Shown one piece after another: positions 1 through 9,523 of a stretch of 64,000 bases of DNA. The notes beneath the pieces were generated by a model, which was not told the origin of the DNA, ran no database searches, and was given only the letters and a program-made list of their open reading frames with translations. Each line of letters opens with the position of its first letter. Position 1 is the first letter of the stretch. The DNA comes from Deltaproteobacteria bacterium (GTDB lineage: Bacteria; Desulfobacterota; Syntrophia; Syntrophales; Smithellaceae): positions 55,028 through 119,027 of the forward strand of contig JAAYDW010000037.1 of assembly GCA_012729055.1 (NCBI GenBank), given 5' to 3'. The position numbers were made by a program, and so were the translations under genes.

Positions 1-48
1 ATCCTTGAGGCTCTGCACATAATCCTCCCGTGTAACGATGCGCTTCAT
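1..48 (-). CDS. 5' end of an unidentified CDS leaving the window (MKRIVTREDYVQSLKD...)
   Basis: Reverse-strand ATG at 48-46 is preceded by a GGAGGAGGGGAG-like Shine-Dalgarno run (about 50-62). The frame stays open to position 1. Only 16 codons are visible, so the product is unknown. Confidence 0.3.
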   Translation of the reverse strand, partial: MKRIVTREDYVQSLKD

Positions 49-150
49 ACTCCCCTCCTCCAATTTTGATATTCCTGCCGACCCCCGCGTTGTTCCCGAT
101 TCCGGGGGCACGCGTTTGGTTTTCCATTCCGAAGGGCGCCAAAGCGCCGC

Positions 151-1521
151 TCAGGACCCGGAGCGGTATTTGTTGATGCGGTAAACAAGTGTGGGGCGGG
201 AAATTCCCAGGAGCTTCGCCGCCTCGGTTTTGTTTCCGCCGGTCATTTCCAGGGCTTTGAAAACAAGGTTTTTATTGATTTCCACGAGATCGACGCCTCC
301 GGAAGTCAGCCGTGGCGCCGCGTCGGTTGCGACCGTATCGGAAGAATTTGCATTGGTCAGAAACGACAAGTGATGCCGTTCGATGCGTTCTCCCTCTTCC
401 AGAAGGACAATTCGCTCAACCATGTTCTTGATCTCGCGGACATTGCCCTCCCAGCGGTAAGCCAGCAAAAATTCCTCGGCGTCCGGAGAGACACCTTGAA
501 AATTTTTCCCGAATTTTTCATTAAATTTTTTCAGGAAAAAATCCACGAAAGGAACGATGTCCGCCTGTCTTTCGCGCAGGGGGGGCAAAACGATTTTTGC
601 GACATTGAGGCGATAGTACAGATCCTCGCGGAAGCCGCCGTCCTTCATGCAGCGCTCGAGGGGTTTGTTGGTCGCGGCAATGATGCGGACGTCGACTTTC
701 TTTTTTTCCGTCGCGCCGACAGGGTAGAATTCGCGCTCTTCCAGAAACCGTAAAAGCTTGACCTGCGCGGGAAGCGCCAGTTCGCTGATCTCATCCAGAA
801 ACAGCGTGCCCTGATCCGCGATTTCGCATTTCCCCTTCTTCCCCTGCGGCAGGGATCCTGTAAACGCTCCTTTTTCGTATCCGAAAAGCTCGCTTTCCAC
901 CAGGTCCTTGCTGATGGCGCCGCAGTTGATGCTGATGAAGGGTTTCCGGGAGCGGGCGCTCCGGTAGTGGATGACCTTGGCAATCACCTCTTTCCCCGTG
1001 CCCGTTTCCCCTTCAATGAGCGCGGTGGTGTCGTAGCTGCCCGCGATCTTCTCGGCCAGCTGGAGCGCCTGTTTCATGCCCGCGCTGTTTCCGATGATGT
1101 TTTCCAGGTCAAATTCGGCAAGCTGCTTGCGGAGCTCCTTCACTTCCTGCCGGAGCTGTGTATTTTCCAGGGCCTTCTCGACAATCACTTCCAGTTCTTC
1201 GATATCCAGCGGTTTCACCAGGTAATCAAAGGCGCCCATCTTCATGGACGTGATCACGGTCTTGATATCCTCGAAGGCGGTCATCATGATCACGCTCACG
1301 TCCAGGCCGTGTTCGCGGATCTTTCTTAAGACTTCCACTCCGTCCATGCCGGGAAGTTTAATGTCCAGGAGCACGAGGTCCACGTTGTTTCTGGCCAGAT
1401 ACCGCAGGCACTCTTCACCGGTGCCGACCACGGTGGCCTCGTATTTTTCCGACAGGATGTTGAAAAGAGACTTCTGCAGCAGTTTGTCGTCGTCGACGAT
1501 CAGAATTCTGTGTCGATACAT
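151..1521 (-). CDS. Sigma-54-dependent response regulator (NtrC/AtoC type enhancer-binding protein)
   Basis: 456 aa. The N-terminal receiver has DD (ILIVDDD) and the canonical LLDIKLPGMDG phospho-Asp motif. The AAA+ sigma-54 interaction domain has Walker A GETGTGKE and ESELFGYEKGAFTG (GAFTGA loop). A C-terminal Fis-type HTH is present (AAKLLGISRPTLVYRINKY). Confidence 0.95.
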   Translation of the reverse strand: MYRHRILIVDDDKLLQKSLFNILSEKYEATVVGTGEECLRYLARNNVDLVLLDIKLPGMDGVEVLRKIREHGLDVSVIMMTAFEDIKTVITSMKMGAFDYLVKPLDIEELEVIVEKALENTQLRQEVKELRKQLAEFDLENIIGNSAGMKQALQLAEKIAGSYDTTALIEGETGTGKEVIAKVIHYRSARSRKPFISINCGAISKDLVESELFGYEKGAFTGSLPQGKKGKCEIADQGTLFLDEISELALPAQVKLLRFLEEREFYPVGATEKKKVDVRIIAATNKPLERCMKDGGFREDLYYRLNVAKIVLPPLRERQADIVPFVDFFLKKFNEKFGKNFQGVSPDAEEFLLAYRWEGNVREIKNMVERIVLLEEGERIERHHLSFLTNANSSDTVATDAAPRLTSGGVDLVEINKNLVFKALEMTGGNKTEAAKLLGISRPTLVYRINKYRSGS

Positions 1522-1524
1522 GGT

Positions 1525-3669
1525 CTACTCTCCCGTCCCCGCCAGGGGAAAATGCAGATAAAAGATCGTCCCGTGTTTTTCAAGACTCTTGACGTCGATG
1601 GTCGCCCGGTGCTGCTCGAGAATTTTGTGAACGATCGACAATCCCAGCCCCGTCCCCTCCTCCTTGGTGGTGAAGAAGGGATCGAATATTCTCTTGATGT
1701 TGTCCTCGGCAATGCCGACGCCGCTGTCCTGAATCGCGACTAAAAAGCTGCGCCCGGCCTTGCCAGGTTCGGCGCCTTCCTCCTTTTTGCCCCGGATCGC
1801 GATCGTCCCGCCGTCCGGCATGGCCTCCGCGGCGTTAAGCAGCAGGTTGACGAACACCTGCTGGAGCTGATGCGTGTCCAAGAGCAGGGGCGGAACGTCG
1901 CCGGCAAACTTCACGTCCAGGGTAATGCGGCGGTCCTTCAGTTTCTGGAGCACCAGGGCGACGGCGTCCGAGAGGACGGAGTCGATCTGCCCGTGCCGCA
2001 GAGAGGTGTTGAGCTCTTTGGTGTAATCCAGGGTTCGCTGCATCACGGTTTTGATGCGATTGATGCCTTCCAGAGTGTCATCGAGGATCTGTCTCGTGTA
2101 AGGATCCCCGGTTATTTTTTTTGACAGCAGCTGCGCGTTGAAATTGATGCTGGCCAGCGGATTGCGGATCTCGTGGGCGATGCTCGCGGACATTTGCCCC
2201 AAAGAAGACAGTTTCTCGGTCCGCCACAACATCGCTTCCGTTTTCTTGATCTCCGTCAGATCCTGGAGGGTGATGATGGCGCCGGTCATGTTGCCCTGCG
2301 GCCCGTGCAGAACGGCCGAGGTCACGCCGTAGATCTGCACCGAACCGTCGCCGGCCGTTCGGGTGATTTCTTCATACGGGTAATCCTTGTCATGATCCAT
2401 CGTGTCGTCGAGCATTTCCATGATCTTCCCCGGCAAAAAATCGGAAATGTTGTGGTCCAGGATATGGCGCCTTTTCACCTTCAGGATTTCCTCGGCTTTG
2501 CGGTTGATCATCCGCAGCATCTTGTTCTTGTCGATGGTAAGAATCCCGTTGGGCGCGCTTTCCAGAATATTTTGCGCGAGATTGCGCTGCTCCAGGATCT
2601 GCTCGTAGAGGAGGGCGTTTTCAACCAGCGCGGAGGTGTGGCTTGCAAAGATCGTCAGGATTTCCTGATCGTCGGAGGAAAAAACCTGTTTCCCGTCGCT
2701 GTCCACGCGGATCACGCCCAGCACACGCTTGTTGCTGACCAGCGGCGTATACAGCTGCGATCGGACGCCCGGAAGGATCGCCACGTAGCCCGCCTCCAGA
2801 TTCGTGTCCTCCACCAGCATGGGATGCCCGGTCGCCGCCACAAATCCACAAATGCTCTGACCGGCCGGAATTTTAATCAGGTCCGCGTTGATTCTTTCAT
2901 AGCCCCGGGAGGCGGCGATCCGGAAATGCTTTCCCTCGCCATCCGGTATCATCAGGGCGCAGGAGCTGCCGTGAACGAGCTTCCCGGCATTGTCTGCGAC
3001 AATCTCCAGCAAATCTTCATAATCCAGCGTGGAGCTGGTTTTCTGGCTGAGATCCTGCAGGGAGATAAACTGCCCCATCTTTTTTTTGTTCTGTTCATGC
3101 AGCCGGGCGTTTTCCAGGATGATGTCGATCAGATTGGCAAAGTAGGTAAACAGGCGGATGTCGCTGCGGGAGAGGATCATTTCCTCGTGGGTTCTGTCGC
3201 CGCCGATGCTGCCGATGACTTCCCGGTTAATCCTCAGCGGCGCGGAAATATTGGAAACCCTTTTCCACCGGTCGGCCATTTTACTTTCGATGTCCGCCCC
3301 TCTGGCATAGGCGTGGATATCCCGGATGTAAATCGTTTTATTCGTCTTGACCGTCAGCGTCTCGAGACAGATATGCTTGTCCATGTCCAGCGGGTGCGAC
3401 ATGGAAAAGGCCTCTTCCTCCGGCGTAAATCCGATGCAGTACTTTGTTTCGAGCTTGTTTTCCGCTTTGTTCAAAAAAAGAATGATCGCCCGCGTAAAGC
3501 CGAAAATCTTCCGGGATTCCTCCAGAATCGTTTTGAGGAGCTGATCGGGATTGCCCGACCGGTTCAGTTTGTGGTTGATTTTATAGATGGATGACAGAAT
3601 GCGGTTTTTCTTGTCCAGCTCATCTTGCAGACGGGAAATTTTATTGATCAGTTTTTTTTCAGAGGCCAT
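1525..3669 (-). CDS. GAF/PAS sensor histidine kinase, cognate partner of the adjacent sigma-54 activator
   Basis: The ORF is open from 3804. I prefer the start at ATG 3669 (MASEKKLINK...), which is preceded by AAGGAAGG; the upstream 45 codons are low-complexity. It has two GAF-like regions, a PAS domain, an H-box (SASIAHEIRNPL) and HATPase_c motifs (DSGVGI, GTGLGLSIV). Only 3 nt separate it from the regulator gene. Confidence 0.9.
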   Translation of the reverse strand: MASEKKLINKISRLQDELDKKNRILSSIYKINHKLNRSGNPDQLLKTILEESRKIFGFTRAIILFLNKAENKLETKYCIGFTPEEEAFSMSHPLDMDKHICLETLTVKTNKTIYIRDIHAYARGADIESKMADRWKRVSNISAPLRINREVIGSIGGDRTHEEMILSRSDIRLFTYFANLIDIILENARLHEQNKKKMGQFISLQDLSQKTSSTLDYEDLLEIVADNAGKLVHGSSCALMIPDGEGKHFRIAASRGYERINADLIKIPAGQSICGFVAATGHPMLVEDTNLEAGYVAILPGVRSQLYTPLVSNKRVLGVIRVDSDGKQVFSSDDQEILTIFASHTSALVENALLYEQILEQRNLAQNILESAPNGILTIDKNKMLRMINRKAEEILKVKRRHILDHNISDFLPGKIMEMLDDTMDHDKDYPYEEITRTAGDGSVQIYGVTSAVLHGPQGNMTGAIITLQDLTEIKKTEAMLWRTEKLSSLGQMSASIAHEIRNPLASINFNAQLLSKKITGDPYTRQILDDTLEGINRIKTVMQRTLDYTKELNTSLRHGQIDSVLSDAVALVLQKLKDRRITLDVKFAGDVPPLLLDTHQLQQVFVNLLLNAAEAMPDGGTIAIRGKKEEGAEPGKAGRSFLVAIQDSGVGIAEDNIKRIFDPFFTTKEEGTGLGLSIVHKILEQHRATIDVKSLEKHGTIFYLHFPLAGTGE

Positions 3670-3865
3670 TACCTTCCTTACACTCCGCCCCTTGCCGCTT
3701 CCGGTTCCCGGAGGCGCCGGACAGGCGTCTTTTTTGCGCAACGTTACCGGGGTACTCTGCGCCGGCACATCCGCTTTAAGAGTATGTTCGGGAAAGCTAA
3801 TCATGGCGGAAGCTTTCTGTCAAATTTAACGTTTATGGCTCTGATCGTCGTTTGAAAGTTATGTT

Positions 3866-3894
3866 CGGCCGGTCGGAAACACCCGTCCCGGCCG
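3866..3894 (-). terminator. Possible terminator/stem-loop after the ligase gene
   Basis: A 7-bp all-GC stem, CGGCCGG...CCGGCCG, with a 15-nt loop lies just downstream of the stop at 3916. The T-tract that follows is weak. Confidence 0.3.
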
Positions 3895-3915
3895 GCTCGC
3901 CAAGCGCAGCCGCTA

Positions 3916-5442
3916 TCATCCCATCTTGCGCAATTCCTTCTTGAGAATTTTACCCACGGGATTTTTCGGCAATTCTCTCATAAAAGAAACCGTTTTAGGT
4001 GATTTGAAACGCGGGAGCGTTTTCAGACAATGGCCGATCAGCTCTTCTGCGGTGGCTGAACACCCGTCGCGCAAAACGACGCAGGCCTTGACTTCTTCGC
4101 CGTAAAGGGGATCCGGAACGCCGATCACCGCCGCTTCCAGAACCGCCGGATGAGAGAAAAGCGCGTCTTCGACCGACCCGGGTGAAATATTTTCTCCGCC
4201 GCGGATGATCAGGTCTTTTTTGCGGCCCGTGATGAAGACATTGCCTTCGTGATCCAGATGGCCCATATCGCCCGTGTGCAGCCAGCCGTTGCGCTTGGCT
4301 TCCGCCGTCTCATGGGGTTTGTTGAGGTATCCCAGCATGACGCCCGGTCCCTGAACGCAGATTTCTCCGTCCTGACCTGCCGGAACTTCATGGTCCTGTT
4401 CATCAAAAATTTTAACCGTCACTCCGTCAATCGCCGGGCCGACGGACCCGGCTTTCCGCGCCTGACCGACGCGCTGCCGGGTGATCGACGGCGCCGTTTC
4501 CGTCATTCCCAAACCGTCATAGACGACGCCTCCCAGCGTCTTTTCCACAGCCTTGACGGTTTCAGCGCTGAGCTGCGCGCCGCCGCACTTCCAGGTCGCA
4601 AGCGAGCTTAGGTCATGTACGGCGGGATCGTAGGCTTCGAGCAGTTTGATCAGCATCGTGGGCACACCCGCAAACTGCGTCACCCGGTTATGCGAAATGC
4701 TCTCCAGAACCATTTTCGGGTCAAACCACTTGTGGATAATCATCCGCGCTCCGGTCACGTTGCACTCGTTGACCATCAGCATGCCGAAAATGTGATTCAG
4801 GGGGAGGGGAACCAGGCTCACGTCCGTGCGCGTGCTGGGCCAGGAGGACAATCCGTTTTCCAGGGTGATGCTGATATTGTAATGAGAAAGCATGACGCCT
4901 TTGGGCGACCCGGTCGTCCCCGACGTGTACATCAGGACGGCCAGATCGTCCTGCGCCATTGCCGCCATTTCAAAATCGGCGGCTTGGCGGTCAATGAGCG
5001 ATGCGAAGGAAATCGTTCCCGGGCGCAGCGGCGCGTCTCCTTCGACAATGATGTGCCGGATGCCGGCCAGACCGTCGGATGCCGCCGCAATCTTCGCATG
5101 AAGTTCGGCGTTCGTCACCACGGCAACGGCGCCGGAATCCTCCAGGATGTATCGGATTTCCGACGCCGTCAGTCCGAAAATAACAGGAAGGAAAACGGCC
5201 CCCAGCCTGAAAATTCCGTTAAAGGCCACAGGCGCCGTCAGGCTGTTGGGCAAAACGACCGCAACGATATCGCCCCGCTTGATTCCCAGCTCGGCCAAAG
5301 ACGCCGCAAGGGCATTGGACCGGTCGCTAAGCCCCCGGTTCGTAAGCGTCTGCGCGCCGTCCTGGTCCTCGTACGTGAGAAGATCATACTCGCCGAAATT
5401 TTCAATATTCTGCGCTCCGTAGCGTGCATAATTCCAGTTCAT
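3916..5442 (-). CDS. AMP-forming acyl-CoA synthetase/ligase (medium-chain or aromatic-acid type)
   Basis: AMP-binding signature YTSGTTGSPKGV, plus TGDMGHLDHEGNVFITGRKKD and a C-terminal GKILK. The ORF opens at 5463; the second ATG at 5442 (MNWNYARYG) has the better GGGGAAG RBS. Confidence 0.9.
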   Translation of the reverse strand: MNWNYARYGAQNIENFGEYDLLTYEDQDGAQTLTNRGLSDRSNALAASLAELGIKRGDIVAVVLPNSLTAPVAFNGIFRLGAVFLPVIFGLTASEIRYILEDSGAVAVVTNAELHAKIAAASDGLAGIRHIIVEGDAPLRPGTISFASLIDRQAADFEMAAMAQDDLAVLMYTSGTTGSPKGVMLSHYNISITLENGLSSWPSTRTDVSLVPLPLNHIFGMLMVNECNVTGARMIIHKWFDPKMVLESISHNRVTQFAGVPTMLIKLLEAYDPAVHDLSSLATWKCGGAQLSAETVKAVEKTLGGVVYDGLGMTETAPSITRQRVGQARKAGSVGPAIDGVTVKIFDEQDHEVPAGQDGEICVQGPGVMLGYLNKPHETAEAKRNGWLHTGDMGHLDHEGNVFITGRKKDLIIRGGENISPGSVEDALFSHPAVLEAAVIGVPDPLYGEEVKACVVLRDGCSATAEELIGHCLKTLPRFKSPKTVSFMRELPKNPVGKILKKELRKMG

Positions 5443-5486
5443 CTTTTCTTCCCCAAATAACATGGTTATCTAAATTCCTGTTCTGC

Positions 5487-6812
5487 CTACTGTGCTCCGT
5501 AAATCAGGTTGGGAAGCCACAGAGCGATCTGCGGGAAAATCATCACCAGCGCGAGGCAGACCAACTGCACCAGGATAAAGGGAATGATGGCGATGTAAAT
5601 ATCTTTCATCTGAGTCCCTTTGGGGGCAATCGCTTTCAGGTAAAACAAGTTGTAGCCGAACGGAGGAGAAATATAGGCGGCCTGCATGTTGATCACGAAA
5701 AGAATGGCAAACCAGACGGGATCGTACCCCAGGGCATCGACAATCGGCACCGTCAAAGGAGCGGTCACCATCACGATGGCGCCCGGATCGAGCAGCATGC
5801 CCAGGATGAAATACAAAACCTGGATCAGAATCAAAACCGTCCAGTAGCCGCCCGGCAATCCCTGGATGACCTCGAGGATGAATGAATCCGCGCCCAGCGC
5901 CATGTAAATGGTGGAAAAGCAGTAGGCGCCGATGATGATCCACATGACCATGCCGGTATACTTGAGCGTGTCCATGGAAACACTCTTGAAGGTCTTCCAG
6001 TTCAGGCTGCGGTTATAAACCATCAGGGCCAGACTTCCGGCCGCGCCGACCGCCGAGCCTTCGGTGGCCGTGGCCACGCCGGTAAAAATCGCGCCCAGAA
6101 CGACAACGATCAGAACCAGCGGCGGAATAACCGGCGTTGAAGCGCGCAGTTTTTGCTTGAACGTCAACTCCGTCTCTTCTGCCGGAGCGGGCGGGCCGTC
6201 CTGCGGACTGATTTTACAGCGGATGAGAACATAGGCGCAGAAAAGGACGGCCAGAAGAAGACCGGGGCCGAGACCGCCGGCGAAGAGCCGTCCGACCGAC
6301 ACCTGGCAGATCATCCCGTAAATGATCATGATGATGCTGGGAGGAATCAAAATGCCCAGCGCTCCGCCCGCGCCCACCACGCCGAGAGACATTCTCGCGT
6401 TATATCCCCGCGACAGCATGGCCGGCACGGCAATCAGTCCCATCGTGACGGTTCCGGCGCCGCCGATGCCCGTCATGGCCGCAAAAATCGCGCAGACAAC
6501 GATGGCGGCAACCGCCAGACCGCCGGCCACCTTTCCCGACCAGATGTGAACGGCGGCAAAAAGCCGGTCGGCCATGCCCGATTGCTGGAGTACGGAACCC
6601 ATAAGAATAAACAGTGGAATCGCCAGGAGCCCGAAAGACGACATGGCCTTGCCGAAAATCAGGTTGGGGATGACCCCCATGGCATGGGGCCCCCAGAGGA
6701 AGAACGTAAAAACGCAGCCGATGGCGCCCAGGACAAATGAGATGGGCAGCCCCATCACCAGGCCGAAGATCATGGCGCCGAAAAGCAGTAAAGTGATAAT
6801 ACCGGTATCCAT
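5487..6812 (-). CDS. dctM: TRAP transporter large permease subunit (DctM family)
   Basis: 441 aa and polytopic, with typical DctM sequence (LLLFGAMIFGLVMGLPISFVLG..., GGAGTVTMGLIAVP). Its start overlaps the dctQ stop (TGATG). Confidence 0.95.
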   Translation of the reverse strand: MDTGIITLLLFGAMIFGLVMGLPISFVLGAIGCVFTFFLWGPHAMGVIPNLIFGKAMSSFGLLAIPLFILMGSVLQQSGMADRLFAAVHIWSGKVAGGLAVAAIVVCAIFAAMTGIGGAGTVTMGLIAVPAMLSRGYNARMSLGVVGAGGALGILIPPSIIMIIYGMICQVSVGRLFAGGLGPGLLLAVLFCAYVLIRCKISPQDGPPAPAEETELTFKQKLRASTPVIPPLVLIVVVLGAIFTGVATATEGSAVGAAGSLALMVYNRSLNWKTFKSVSMDTLKYTGMVMWIIIGAYCFSTIYMALGADSFILEVIQGLPGGYWTVLILIQVLYFILGMLLDPGAIVMVTAPLTVPIVDALGYDPVWFAILFVINMQAAYISPPFGYNLFYLKAIAPKGTQMKDIYIAIIPFILVQLVCLALVMIFPQIALWLPNLIYGAQ

Positions 6813-7318
6813 CAGTAGGTCTCTCCTTTCCCCGTCTTAATGATCAGAATATCATTGAGCAGATTGGCGATGCCTTGGAGCAGCAAAAGTAACGCCCCCA
6901 GGGGAATGGTAAGTTTGATCGGCCACAGGGGCGGCGCCCAATCGCTTTGGGAAATCTCAAAAATCTTGACGGAGCGCCAGGCGAACTCCCAACCCAGCCA
7001 GAGAATGGTTACGCCGAACACCAGAAAGAACGGAAACGTGATCAGGTCCATGATCGCCTTTGCCCTCGGTGTGCGGTTCATGTAAAGAAGGTCCATGTTG
7101 ACATGGCCTTTGTAACGCAGCGTATAAGCGCCGCTCAGAATGCTGAGGGCGCCGAACACCATGCCGCCCAGCTCATGCGCCCAGACGGTGGGATGGTTGA
7201 AAAACGTCCGGGCGATAATTTCCCACATGATGATCAGCGTCAGAATCCACGCAAACCACATGAGGAGCGATCCGCTTACTTCGCTGATTTTATTGACGAC
7301 TCTTATAAAAGATCGCAT
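6812..7318 (-). CDS. dctQ: TRAP transporter small permease subunit (DctQ family)
   Basis: 168 aa with four predicted TM segments. It sits between the DctP and DctM genes and is translationally coupled to dctM. Confidence 0.9.
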   Translation of the reverse strand: MRSFIRVVNKISEVSGSLLMWFAWILTLIIMWEIIARTFFNHPTVWAHELGGMVFGALSILSGAYTLRYKGHVNMDLLYMNRTPRAKAIMDLITFPFFLVFGVTILWLGWEFAWRSVKIFEISQSDWAPPLWPIKLTIPLGALLLLLQGIANLLNDILIIKTGKGETY

Positions 7319-7422
7319 CTTTTCTCCTTTCTCGCTTAGGATGGCCCTCGAGAATCGTTGCCTGACGGCTTTGACGCGACGGAAGCGGACGCCTCCCTAT
7401 CCGAACGCGGCGCAAGCGAACA

Positions 7423-7452
7423 CGGGGAAAGCGACTGACGCCGCCTTCCCCG
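7423..7452 (-). other. Intercistronic stem-loop after the TRAP binding-protein gene
   Basis: CGGGGAAAG...CCTTCCCCG forms a 9-bp stem with one mismatch and a 12-nt loop. It lies in the 147-nt gap between dctP and dctQ. Confidence 0.4.
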
Positions 7453-7465
7453 CCATTCAAAAAGA

Positions 7466-8527
7466 CTATTTCATGTATCCCATTTCCTTCATGTACGATT
7501 TAACCATTTTGATCAGCTCGGCGGCTTCGGGACTTTTCTTGGCTTCCTGGTCCCAGATCTCGTAAGCGGCCTGCTGTGCCTTGGCCAGCTCCGCGCCCTT
7601 GAGTTCGCAGACTTTCAAACCCCGCTGAGCCATCTTGTTGATTGCCCAGTGTTCGCCGGTCCAGTTATAATGATTTGTGAAATCGAGCCCCGCTTTGATC
7701 ATTCCCATTTCCAGCGCAGTTTGCAGGTCCTTGGGAAGCGCATTCCAGGATTTCATGTTGATGAGAACGGACACGTGGTTGACGGGCTGAAGACTGGGCT
7801 GGAGATAATATTTGGCGACTTCGTGAAACTTCAGACTGTACATGGCGATGGCGCCGCCCCAGGCCGAACCGTTGATGGTCCCCGTCTGAAGAGAGGTGTA
7901 GGCATCCTCGCCGGGAACGAAAACCGCCTGCGCGCCGAATTTCTGGAGCCAATCCATCATGAGACCCGCGGCGCGGACTTTCTTGCCTTTCAGATCGGCC
8001 AGAGTATTGATCGGTTTGTTGAAAATCAGCGATGCGGGCCAGCAGTCAACGCCGCCGGCCAGATAGTACACGCCGTGCTTCGCGTAAATTTTTCTCATGA
8101 CGTCGATGGCGCGCCATCCGCCGAACATTTTCGGAAGGTTCTTGCCGTACATGAAATTGTACATTTCATTGGGCGTCCGGATACCGAAGGGCAGGCCGTA
8201 ATCGATGGCCGCCTCGGGAATCACGCCTTTGAAGTAAATGGTCGGCATGACAACCATGTCCACAATACCCGTTTTTACCGCGTCCAGGGCTTCCGTGCTC
8301 TTCACAAGGTCGCCGGCCCAGAACATCTTGATTTTCAGACGGCCGTTGGTCATCTGCGGCAGGGTCTTGTCAAACATGTCCTTGTAATAGACCGTGGCCT
8401 GTTCGGCCGGAATCCTATGCTGCTGACACTTCCAGTTGAAAACCTTTTGCTGCGCCAGACACGTAAACGATACGGTAAACAGCATGACGGCAGACAATAC
8501 AGCGACCAATACCACCTTCTTTTTCAT
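7466..8527 (-). CDS. dctP: TRAP transporter substrate-binding protein (DctP family)
   Basis: The start is placed at ATG 8527 (MKKKVVLVAVLSAVMLF..., signal peptide ending CLAQQ), which follows a perfect AAGGAGGAT RBS. The body resembles DctP-type periplasmic binding proteins. The ORF-track start at 8572 is probably too long. Confidence 0.9.
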   Translation of the reverse strand: MKKKVVLVAVLSAVMLFTVSFTCLAQQKVFNWKCQQHRIPAEQATVYYKDMFDKTLPQMTNGRLKIKMFWAGDLVKSTEALDAVKTGIVDMVVMPTIYFKGVIPEAAIDYGLPFGIRTPNEMYNFMYGKNLPKMFGGWRAIDVMRKIYAKHGVYYLAGGVDCWPASLIFNKPINTLADLKGKKVRAAGLMMDWLQKFGAQAVFVPGEDAYTSLQTGTINGSAWGGAIAMYSLKFHEVAKYYLQPSLQPVNHVSVLINMKSWNALPKDLQTALEMGMIKAGLDFTNHYNWTGEHWAINKMAQRGLKVCELKGAELAKAQQAAYEIWDQEAKKSPEAAELIKMVKSYMKEMGYMK

Positions 8528-8632
8528 AACATCCTCCTTCAGGGAATAAATAATTTTGCTGACGAACTGCATGACAGCGTAAACGTCCTTTTTTACCGCC
8601 GGCCGGAGAAAATCCGTCCGGCCGTCAACCTC

Positions 8633-9397
8633 TTACTTCTTCTTTTTATCGACAAACGCCTGCATCCCGTCCTTTTGTTCCCGGGTGGAAAAGCACAGGG
8701 CAAAGCAGTTGATTTCAAACAAAGACGCCGTTTCCATATCCGTCTCCGTCCCCTTGTTCATGGCGGTTTTCACCATCTTGGCGGAAAAGGCGCTGTTCTT
8801 GGCAATCCGATCGGCAAGAGCGTAGGTTTTTTCAACGAGGGCTTCGGAAGGAACAACGTGGTTTACCAGACCGTAGTCAAGCGCGAGCTTCGCATCGAAT
8901 ATCTCTCCCGTCAAGGCCAATTCCTTGGCCTTGGTAAGACCGATCAGGCGCGGAAGCCGCTGCGTTCCCGCCGATCCGGGAATGATGCCCAGCGTAATTT
9001 CAGGCAGGCCGAATTTGGATTTTTCCGACGCGATGCGGATGTCGCAGGCCATGGCATACTCGAGTCCGCCGCCCAGACAAAATCCGTCGATCATGGCTAT
9101 CACGGGCTTTCCCAGATTCCAGAGCTTGTCCGCCACCCGTTTTGACCGCAGGCCGTGGTCTCTGGCTTCGGGCGACGACAGAGGCAGCATTTCCTTGATG
9201 TCCGCGCCGGCGATGAACGCCCGGTTTCCCGAACCGGTCAGGATGACCACCCGGACGTCGTCATCTGCGTCGGCTTTGTCCAGACAGTCCAGAAGCGCCA
9301 GGTTGACGTCTTTGTTGAGAGCGTTTAGCGCATCGGCGCGGTTGACCGTCAGGACGGCGATCTTATCTTTTTTTTCGTAGAGAACGATTTCTTCCAT
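8633..9397 (-). CDS. Enoyl-CoA hydratase/isomerase (crotonase family)
   Basis: Crotonase motifs are present: VILTGSGNRAFIAGADIKEM and IAMIDGFCLGGGLEYAMACDIRIAS. The start is placed at ATG 9397 (MEEIVLYEKKD), which follows GGAGGAG. Confidence 0.9.
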   Translation of the reverse strand: MEEIVLYEKKDKIAVLTVNRADALNALNKDVNLALLDCLDKADADDDVRVVILTGSGNRAFIAGADIKEMLPLSSPEARDHGLRSKRVADKLWNLGKPVIAMIDGFCLGGGLEYAMACDIRIASEKSKFGLPEITLGIIPGSAGTQRLPRLIGLTKAKELALTGEIFDAKLALDYGLVNHVVPSEALVEKTYALADRIAKNSAFSAKMVKTAMNKGTETDMETASLFEINCFALCFSTREQKDGMQAFVDKKKK

Positions 9398-9523
9398 TTT
9401 ATAACTTCTCCTCCATAACTTTTCCGCAGGAAGCAACCGCTTGCCCGCCGAATCTTCAGATATTTTTGTCCTTCCGTTTTTTAAGCGCCCTTTCCGGCGC
9501 GCCCAAACTTGTTTTGCCTTTCG

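Noticed and set aside
2173-3594. A 473-aa plus-strand ORF, and similar long ORFs such as 7649-9145, 9509-10777, 16284-17792, 48935-50401 and 51161-52684.
   Set aside because: Each lies antisense to a gene with clear family motifs. Their translations are Arg/Gly/His-rich low-complexity strings with no recognisable domains. These are typical shadow ORFs of GC-rich DNA.
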